Shown piece after piece: positions 56,207 to 64,000 of a DNA stretch of 64,000 nt. Every line of letters starts with the position of its first letter. Position 1 is the stretch's first letter. The translations under genes and the position numbers were made by a program. Location: assembly GCF_988243305.1 (NCBI RefSeq), contig NZ_OZ547136.1; one strand, 5' to 3'. Under the pieces are notes generated by a model that saw only the letters and a list, made by a program, of their open reading frames with translations, ran no database searches and was not told the DNA's origin.

Positions 56207-57172
56207 TTACTTAACTTCCATCCCTTTCGCCTGCAAATCGGCGTGGTAAGACGAGCGGACAAACGGACCGCATGCAGCATGGGTAAAGCCCATCGCCAGC
56301 GCTTCGGCTTTCATTTCGTCGAACTCATCCGGGCTAACGTAACGTTGAACCGGCAGGTGATGGCGGCTTGGCTGCAAATATTGCCCCAGCGTTAGCATCG
56401 TCACACCATGACGGCGCAGGTCGCGCATTACCTCAATAATTTCTTCATTGGTTTCACCCAGACCCACCATCAGACCAGACTTGGTCGGGATTTCCGGATG
56501 CGCTTCTTTAAAGCGTTCCAGCAGCTTCAGCGACCAGTTGTAATCTGCACCAGGCCGTACCTGACGGTAAATACGCGGTACGTTTTCCAGGTTATGGTTG
56601 AACACATCTGGTGGTGTGGCGGTCAGAATATCCAGAGCACGATCCATACGACCGCGGAAATCCGGCACCAGAGTTTCAATTTTGATTTGCGGGCTTTTTT
56701 CCCGAATGGCAGTAATGCAATCCGCAAAGTGCTGGGCACCGCCATCGCGCAGGTCATCACGGTCAACGGAGGTGATAACCACATAACGCAGCGCCATATC
56801 GGCAATGGTCTGCGCCAGTTTCACTGGTTCATTGGCATCCGGAGCTACCGGGCGACCGTGGGCAACGTCACAGAACGGACAACGGCGGGTACAAATAGCG
56901 CCGAGGATCATAAACGTTGCTGTGCCGTGGTTGAAGCATTCCGCCAGGTTAGGGCAGGAGGCTTCCTCGCAGACAGAATGCAGGCCATTTTTGCGCATTG
57001 CGGCTTTGATGCCCTGGATACGTGTAGAGTCCGCTGGAAGCTTGATTTTCATCCATTCCGGCTTGCGCAGCAGGGCTTCGCGCTCTGTTGCCACGTTTTT
57101 AACCGGGATAAGGGCCATCTTATCGGCATCGCGGTATTTAACACCGCGTTCCATCACAATGGGTTTACTCAT
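56207..57172 (-). CDS. lipA: Lipoyl synthase (radical SAM)
   Basis: 321 aa; radical-SAM cluster CTRRCPFC and auxiliary cluster motif [12 protein letters not shown]. Confidence 0.95.
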
Positions 57173-57380
57173 AGCGTGCGTGTTCCAGTTGCGAATTACG
57201 AAGGAAAGCGTTTCAATTCAATAGATTGTTGTAATTATCAACTATTTTTGAATTAACGACTGGCAGTATATCATTGAAACGGACCTGAAAGCAGCCAAAG
57301 CGGTCGCGAAAATGTAAAATTGTTGTTGGATTGTGCCATTTTTTCGCTCTTCGCTGTGATCTGGCTGTAACAATACTTTT

Positions 57381-58334
57381 TCAAAATGCATTACGGATAA
57401 CATCTATTACCCCGTGCAGGATGGGATCACGCAGGCTGAATTTGTTGTAGTGGATAGAGAAATCTATTTGCTCCTCATTTAAGGACGGAAAAGGCAGTTT
57501 TTCCAGCGGCCAACAACGGCTAAACAGGTTATAAAAACGGCTGGGAATAATCGCTAACATGTCACTGTTGGCAACCAGTGCAGCGATTGTCAAAATGTTG
57601 TAGCTGGTGAAACTGATTTGCCGGTCCGGAAACATCTCTTGAACTCTCTGCCGCAGACCGCTGAAATTTTGCCCTTCCGGTAACAGGAGTATATGCGCAG
57701 CGTTGTCGATAGTCTCCCTGTCATCTTCTAAAGAGAGTAGTGGATTTCCCTCACGGCAAATTAACACCATATTGTCGGTGAACAGAACATGATGTTGCAC
57801 CGTACGATTGGTGCAAAACATGTTATCGATGATGAGATCGGTTTGAAACTGACTGAGTTGGTTTTCCGCGTCGCTGATGGGGGGGTTGCGCAGTAAAAGC
57901 TGCGGATAGTGAGATTTAATCGCCCGATAGATGACAGGAAGGACCAGGGCTCCGACCGAGGGGGTGGTCGCAATGGTTATCGTTCGTTGCTTATCATAGC
58001 TTCCTTCGATATCCAGCGCGCCAAGAATGGACTCAAGGCCCTGACTGATATACTCATGTAGATGCATCGCAAATGCGGTAGGAGTGACACCCTGGCCTTT
58101 GCGAATAAACAATGGGTCAGGGAATATAACGCGCAGTTTCTGAATAGACTGACTGATTGCCGAGGGTGTCAGATTAAGCACTTTCGCTGCATTAACGATC
58201 CCTTTATGTACATATACAGCTTCAAAAATAGTCAGAAGGTTAAGATCAATATTTCGTAAGGTTGTAAATATTTGTGGTTTATCTTCTGACGACTTTCTGC
58301 TTAAACAGGTTTCAATTTGATTATTACTATCCAC
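57381..58334 (-). CDS. ybeF: LysR-family transcriptional regulator
   Basis: 317 aa; N-terminal HTH; AT-rich gene. Confidence 0.8.
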   Translation of the reverse strand: MDSNNQIETCLSRKSSEDKPQIFTTLRNIDLNLLTIFEAVYVHKGIVNAAKVLNLTPSAISQSIQKLRVIFPDPLFIRKGQGVTPTAFAMHLHEYISQGLESILGALDIEGSYDKQRTITIATTPSVGALVLPVIYRAIKSHYPQLLLRNPPISDAENQLSQFQTDLIIDNMFCTNRTVQHHVLFTDNMVLICREGNPLLSLEDDRETIDNAAHILLLPEGQNFSGLRQRVQEMFPDRQISFTSYNILTIAALVANSDMLAIIPSRFYNLFSRCWPLEKLPFPSLNEEQIDFSIHYNKFSLRDPILHGVIDVIRNAF

Positions 58335-58593
58335 GCACTTACTCCAATTTTATTCATGGAAAAATAATATTAAAAAAAATTACAATAATCTTATGTCTAA
58401 TTGGAACGGAACGCTTTTGCTCACCATAATCAACTATTTCAATAAGTTAATCAATGGGGTGAGTTACGGAGCAAGGCGTAGCATCGCATTTCTGCAAGTG
58501 ATAAAGAAAATATACAAACGCGAAGGAGATGTAAAGCATTAGCAGGTATTATGAGTAATGACCCAGTGTAAATTGGGCCATTGATGTATGCAA

Positions 58594-59235
58594 TTAAGCG
58601 GTAATATATTCGAAGTCAGGATTGTTTAGTAGCGCTAAAATATTTTCCAGTAAACGCGGTGCAATATTATTAGTCGTCGCTTCGGGTTTCCATTGTGATA
58701 TTTTAGCCATTTCCATTCCGGCATACCCACAAGGATTAATACGTAAAAATGGTGAAAGATCCATATTGACGTTTAATGCCAGACCGTGGAATGAACAACC
58801 GCGTCGAATACGTAAACCCAGTGAGCAAATTTTCTTTTCCCCGACATAGACACCAGGCGCGTCAGCCCGAGGATGCGCTTCTATACCCAGTTCAGCCAGG
58901 GTATTCACCACTGTTTGCTCAAGCAAGGTCACCAGTTCACGCACACCGAGTTTACGGCGTTTCAGGTTAAGCAACACATACATCACCTGTTGCCCCGGCC
59001 CGTGATAAGTCACCTGCCCACCGCGATCGCTCTGAATCACCGGAATATCACCCGGCATTAAAATGTGCTCCGCTTTTCCTGCCTGCCCTTGGGTAAATAC
59101 CGGATAGTGCTCGACCAGCCAGATTTCATCAAGGGTACTTTCATCGCGGGTATCGGTGAATTCATGCATAGCCTGGGAGATTGGCTCGTAAGGCTGAAGA
59201 CCGAGCTGGCGGACAAGAATTTTATCCTGATACAA
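58594..59235 (-). CDS. lipB: Octanoyltransferase
   Basis: 213 aa; active-site Cys region KICSLGLRI. Confidence 0.9.
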   Translation of the reverse strand: MYQDKILVRQLGLQPYEPISQAMHEFTDTRDESTLDEIWLVEHYPVFTQGQAGKAEHILMPGDIPVIQSDRGGQVTYHGPGQQVMYVLLNLKRRKLGVRELVTLLEQTVVNTLAELGIEAHPRADAPGVYVGEKKICSLGLRIRRGCSFHGLALNVNMDLSPFLRINPCGYAGMEMAKISQWKPEATTNNIAPRLLENILALLNNPDFEYITA

Positions 59236-59335
59236 AACGGCATCTCCGTGGAGAATGAGTAAAAGTGGGGGAAAAGTATATCACAGCGAGGAGAGGGGAG
59301 TTACCCGACCAGGAGCCGGGTAACGGAGAAGCGAG

Positions 59336-59599
59336 TTACAGAACCATGCGGACAATATCGATTTTGCCCAGTTCTTCATACAGTGTTTCAACCTGCTCGA
59401 TATGAGTAGCGTTGATAGTGATAGATACCGAGTGGTAGTTGCCTTTGCTGCTTGGTTTTACCGTTGGGGTGTAGTCACCTGGCGCATGGCGCTGTACCAC
59501 TTCAACCACCTGATCAACCAGCTCAGGTAACGCCTGCCCCATAACTTTGTAAGTAAAAGGAGTAGGGAATTCAAGCAGTTCGTTAAGTTTGGTTTTCAT
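59336..59599 (-). CDS. ybeD: UPF0250 protein YbeD
   Basis: 87 aa, [21 protein letters not shown]... Confidence 0.9.
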
Positions 59600-59630
59600 G
59601 TCAGCTCCGGCGTAACGTAATTAAATAGCA

Positions 59631-59656
59631 ACTCCCGCCAGAAGGCGGGAGTTTTT
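59631..59656. terminator. Hairpin between dacA and ybeD
   Basis: ctcccgcc agaa ggcgggag followed by tttttt on the plus strand; the flanking genes are both on the minus strand, so its role is uncertain. Confidence 0.4.
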
Positions 59657-59708
59657 TACTGATGCTTAGTATATGGGGACGGAAATTACACTTTCAAGTG
59701 TTCGATTT

Positions 59709-60920
59709 TTAACCAAACCAGTGATGGAACATTAATTTAATGTAATCAATGATTTTGCCGAAGAAGTTGCCTTCCGGGATTTCTTGCAGCACAACCAGCG
59801 GGCGTTGTTCGATCGTTTTGCCATCAAGCTGGAAGTTGATAGTACCGACGACCTGATTCTTTTGCAGCGGCGCATGCAATTCACTGCTGTTCAGCACATA
59901 GCTGGCTTTCAGATCTTTCATGCGGCCACGCGGAATGGTCAGATACACGTCTTTATCAACACCTAACGAAGCGCGATCAGAATCACCAAACCAAACCGGT
60001 TCAGAGGCGAACTCTTTACCTACTTTCAGTGGGTTAACGGTTTCGAAGAAACGGAAGCCCCAGGTCAGCAGTTTTTTACTTTCGGCTTCACGGCCTTTAA
60101 AAGTACGTCCGCCCATCACCGCAGAGATCAAGCGCATCTGGCCTTCAGTCGCAGAAGCAACAAGGTTGTAACCTGCTTTGTCAGTGTGTCCGGTTTTGAT
60201 GCCGTCGACATTCAGGCTGTTATCCCATAACAGACCGTTACGGTTCAGCTGGCGAATACCGTTAAACGTAAATTCTTTTTCTTTATAGATCGAGTATTCA
60301 TTCGGTACGTCACGGATCAACGCCTGGCCGATCAGCGCCATATCTCGCGCGGAGCTGTACTGACCATCAGCATCCAGACCATGTACCGTCTGGAAGTGGG
60401 TATTTTTCAGGCCCAGCGCGTTAACGTAGCTGTTCATCAAGCCAACAAAAGCGTCCTGGCTACCAGCGGCAAAATCGGCCATGGCGACACAAGCATCGTT
60501 ACCCGATTGCAGGTTAATACCGCGGATCAGCTGAGAAACCGGAACCTGCATGCCCGGTTTGAGGAACATCAGCGAAGAACCTTTAAATACCGGGTTACCG
60601 GTGGCCCATGCGTCGTTGCCGATGGTGACTAAATCAGTTTCTTTAAATTTACCGGCTTTCATTGCCTGGCCGATAACGTAACTGGTCATCATTTTGGTCA
60701 GGCTGGCAGGATCGCGGCGGACATCTGCGTTCTGTTCGGCGAGCACTTTGCCGGAGTTATAGTCAATCAGGATGTAGGACTCCGCATCGATCTGCGGTAC
60801 ACCCGGGATCATAGTTTTGATATTCAGGTCATCGGCATGTGCAGCAGAGATAAAGGCTGTGCAAAGAGCCGTGGTGAGCGCCAGGCGCTTCATGATACGA
60901 GCGGAAAAAATGGTATTCAT
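59709..60920 (-). CDS. dacA: D-alanyl-D-alanine carboxypeptidase (PBP5)
   Basis: 403 aa; SxxK (SLTK), SxN (SGN) and KTG motifs; signal peptide. Confidence 0.95.
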
Positions 60921-61059
60921 GGTCTGAACTACGACATCCGTGATGGAATTAAAAAAAGTGCCCTACTATAGCAAATGCACTACCGGCAGGCATCTGACTT
61001 TCCGCGTGACTTTGTTAACGTCATTTACAGAAATTGACACATCAGATGCCTGCTTTACG

Positions 61060-62148
61060 CTACTGCGCGGTGGTAATAAATGACTGTAATTGGGCTTCGG
61101 TTTGCAAACGTTGCTGCAAGGTACTGGCTTCGGCTTTGCTGGTGAATGGGCCAAGCTGGATCCGCCAGACCGCGCCATTTTGAGTTACGCGACCGGGGAC
61201 GCCGAACTTCTGTCCCAGTTGCTGTTGGTACTGTTGCGCACGAGCCTGATCGCTAACGGCCCCGACTTGCACCATAAAGTTGCCGCTGGCGCTTTGTGAG
61301 GCGGCTTGCGGTGTCACCATTGCAGGCGAGGTTGCAGGCGTTGTCGAGGGGGCTGTAACAACGGGCTGTGGCGCAGGTGTTGGTTCGCTGCCTTCCAGCA
61401 CACCAGGCGCTAACGTCGTTGGTGCACCGAGGAAACCGCTGCTGATTACCGGCGCGCCGGTCGGATCTTCGCTTTTTAGCGTCGAATTACTGACCGGAAG
61501 AATGTCACCCTGCGGGCCAGACACTGAACTTGTTCCTGCGCCGCCGCTTAAATCGGGAGGTGCAGGCAGGGCGTAAGTCTGTTTGGCGACTGTGGTACAA
61601 GCCATACCAGGACCAAAAAGCGAACCATCCTGGGCGACAATAATCGGATCGATACGAACTTTGGTGTTGTTTGACGTGTTAAGACGGTCAGCTGCCGCGC
61701 GAGAAAGCGAAATAACGCGGTCGTTGCCGTAAGGACCGCGATCATTAATGCGCACCACGATCATTCGCCCGTTAGCCAGGTTAGTAATTCTGGCGTAGCT
61801 GGGGATCGGAAGCGTTGGATGGGCCGCTGTCAGCTGTGTCGGATCGAATGCTTCGCCAGAGGCCGTCAGGTTACTGCCGGGTTCGGCATCATAGATTGCC
61901 GCCAGTCCCGCCTGGCTAAATCGAGACGGATCCTGCACGATTTTGTAGCTTTTACCGTCGCGCTGGTAATCCTGATTTGCCGTCGCGTTCAGTGGTTCGA
62001 AACGCGGGTCCGCCCCGCTAATTTCAACTATGGGGCCGTTACATACCGCAGGCTGCGGTACACTTACCGTCTGTTGCTGACCATCATCGCTTGTACATGC
62101 CGCGAGCATTCCTGCCGCGATGCAGATCCCGAGCCACTGCTTACGCAT
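61060..62148 (-). CDS. rlpA: Septal lytic transglycosylase / rare lipoprotein A
   Basis: 362 aa; lipobox LAAC; Pro/Ala/Thr-rich linker; C-terminal SPOR-type domain. Confidence 0.9.
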   Translation of the reverse strand: MRKQWLGICIAAGMLAACTSDDGQQQTVSVPQPAVCNGPIVEISGADPRFEPLNATANQDYQRDGKSYKIVQDPSRFSQAGLAAIYDAEPGSNLTASGEAFDPTQLTAAHPTLPIPSYARITNLANGRMIVVRINDRGPYGNDRVISLSRAAADRLNTSNNTKVRIDPIIVAQDGSLFGPGMACTTVAKQTYALPAPPDLSGGAGTSSVSGPQGDILPVSNSTLKSEDPTGAPVISSGFLGAPTTLAPGVLEGSEPTPAPQPVVTAPSTTPATSPAMVTPQAASQSASGNFMVQVGAVSDQARAQQYQQQLGQKFGVPGRVTQNGAVWRIQLGPFTSKAEASTLQQRLQTEAQLQSFITTAQ

Positions 62149-62158
62149 TGCGCACCTC

Positions 62159-63271
62159 TTACACGCTTTTCGACAACATTTTCCTGTGGGTGTGGATTGA
62201 CATTACAATCCCGAACCCAGCCATCAGCACAATTAGCGCCGATCCTCCATAACTGACCAGTGGGAGCGGAACCCCTACAACCGGCAGAATACCGCTTACC
62301 ATACCAATATTTACGAAGACATAAACGAATAATATCAGCATTAAGCCGCCAGCCATGACGCGACCAAAGGTGGTTTGCGCTCTGGCGGCTATCCACAGCC
62401 CGCGCATGATCAGCAGAATGTAGAGAGCGAGCAGAATCAAAATGCCCACTAATCCCAGCTCTTCCGCCAGTACCGCGAAGATAAAGTCGGTATGGCGTTC
62501 GGGGAGAAATTCAAGTTGTGACTGAGTGCCATGCAGCCAGCCTTTGCCGCGTAATCCGCCGGAGCCAATAGCAATTTTAGACTGAATAATGTGATAGCCC
62601 GCGCCGAGTGGGTCTGATTCCGGGTCCAGGAGCATCATTACGCGCTGGCGCTGGTAATCATGCATCAGGAAGAACCACAGAATCGGAATGAACGCCGCTA
62701 CCAGCACTACTGCGACGCCAATCAGACGCCAGCTAAGGCCAGAGAGGAACAGTACAAACAGACCGGAAAGCGCAACGAGGATTGATGTTCCCAGGTCAGG
62801 CTGTGCAGCCACCAGCAGCGTGGGCATAAATATCAGCACCAGCGCGATGCCAGTGTTCTTCAACGATGGCGGGCAAACGTCGCGGTTGATAAAGCGCGCT
62901 ACCATCAGTGGTACGGCTATTTTGGCAATTTCCGACGGCTGAAAACGAACGATACCGAGGTCCAGCCAGCGTTGAGCGCCTTTAGAGATGGCACCAAAAG
63001 CATCTACTGCCACCAGCAAAATAATACAGATGATATAGAGATAGGGGGCCCAGCCTTCATAAACGCGTGGAGGAATTTGCGCCATCACCACCATGATGAC
63101 CAGACCCATCGCGATTTGGCCGATTTTACGCTCCATCATGCCAATATCCTGACCGCTGGCGCTCCAGATAACCAGGGCGCTGTAAACCAGCAATGCCAGT
63201 AAGATCAGCAGCATTGTGGGATCGAGATGGACTTTATCCCAGAATGTTTTTTTATTCGGATTATCCGTCAT
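62159..63271 (-). CDS. mrdB: Peptidoglycan glycosyltransferase RodA (SEDS family)
   Basis: 370-aa polytopic SEDS protein. Confidence 0.95.
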   Translation of the reverse strand: MTDNPNKKTFWDKVHLDPTMLLILLALLVYSALVIWSASGQDIGMMERKIGQIAMGLVIMVVMAQIPPRVYEGWAPYLYIICIILLVAVDAFGAISKGAQRWLDLGIVRFQPSEIAKIAVPLMVARFINRDVCPPSLKNTGIALVLIFMPTLLVAAQPDLGTSILVALSGLFVLFLSGLSWRLIGVAVVLVAAFIPILWFFLMHDYQRQRVMMLLDPESDPLGAGYHIIQSKIAIGSGGLRGKGWLHGTQSQLEFLPERHTDFIFAVLAEELGLVGILILLALYILLIMRGLWIAARAQTTFGRVMAGGLMLILFVYVFVNIGMVSGILPVVGVPLPLVSYGGSALIVLMAGFGIVMSIHTHRKMLSKSV

Positions 63272-63273
63272 GA

Positions 63274-64000
63274 TTAATGGTCCTCCGCTGCGGCAACCGC
63301 TGGATTTTCCGCAGGCAGATCGGTGTTGTTATCACCCAGCATAATGTGGTCGAGGATCTGGCGCATCAGCGTACCAACCGCCGGACCCGCACCGCCGTTC
63401 TCCAGAATCATGGCGACAGCGACTTGCGGATTGTTGTATGGCGCAAAGGCGGTCATCAGTTTGTGGTCACGTAAACGCTCGGCAATTTTGTGCGCATTAT
63501 AGGTTTCGTTCGCTTTCAGACCGAAGACCTGAGCGGTACCAGATTTCGCCGCAATTTTGTACGGTGCGCTGGCAAAGTATTTATGCGCCGTACCGTTAGG
63601 GCGGTTAGCAACACCGTACATACCGTCTTTTGCCAGCTCCCAGTAACCGGAATGAATATCGCCGACGGGCGGTTCATGCGGTTGTACCCATGGCACCTGT
63701 TTGCCGTCTTCGGCGGTGCTCATCAGCAAATGCGGAACCTTCACGATACCGTCATTAATCAGGATCATCAGTGCCTTACTCATCTGGATTGGGGTCGCTG
63801 TCCAGTAACCCTGACCGATACCAACCGGAATGGTGTCACCCTGATACCACGGTTTTTTAAAGCGTTTCTGTTTCCATTCGCGGGTAGGCATGTTGCCGGA
63901 ACGTTCTTCCGCCAGGTCGATACCGGTGTAATGACCATAACCGAATTTACCCATCCATTCGGAGAGGCGATCGATTCCCATATCGTAGGCCACCTGATAG
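63274..64000 (-). CDS. mrdA: Penicillin-binding protein 2, C-terminal part (5' end lies beyond the window)
   Basis: ORF open to the window edge; transpeptidase motif KSGTAQ; ends ...AAAEDH. Confidence 0.9.
   Translation of the reverse strand, partial: YQVAYDMGIDRLSEWMGKFGYGHYTGIDLAEERSGNMPTREWKQKRFKKPWYQGDTIPVGIGQGYWTATPIQMSKALMILINDGIVKVPHLLMSTAEDGKQVPWVQPHEPPVGDIHSGYWELAKDGMYGVANRPNGTAHKYFASAPYKIAAKSGTAQVFGLKANETYNAHKIAERLRDHKLMTAFAPYNNPQVAVAMILENGGAGPAVGTLMRQILDHIMLGDNNTDLPAENPAVAAAEDH

Overview
This window is an Escherichia coli-type core chromosomal segment, collinear with the K-12 cusA-to-mrdA region as I recall it. Gene order: cusA (3' end), pheP, ybdG, nfsB, ybdF, ybdJ, ybdK, a hok/sok type I toxin-antitoxin locus present as two tandem diverged copies, the complete enterobactin cluster (entD, fepA, fes, ybdZ, entF, fepE, fepC-fepG-fepD, entS, fepB, entC-entE-entB-entA-entH), cstA-ybdD, ybdH, ybdL, ybdM-ybdN, ybdO, dsbG, ahpC-ahpF, uspG, rnk, rna, the citrate lyase cluster citT-citG-citX-citF-citE-citD-citC with divergent citA-citB (dpiB-dpiA), dcuC, pagP, cspE, crcB, ybeM, tatE, lipA, ybeF, lipB, ybeD, dacA, rlpA, mrdB and mrdA (3' end). 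Gene names come from recognising the translated ORFs and catalytic motifs, with starts trimmed to the lengths I remember for the K-12 proteins; no search was run. I found no rRNA, tRNA, CRISPR array, prophage or IS element. I do not see evidence for an entirely new system here. The most unusual features are the tandem hok/sok duplication without the IS186 copy I recall at this site in K-12, the absence of ybdR between uspG and rnk, an apparently intact ybeM, and the uncharacterised ybdN-ybdM pair (PP-loop ATPase plus ParB-like protein).
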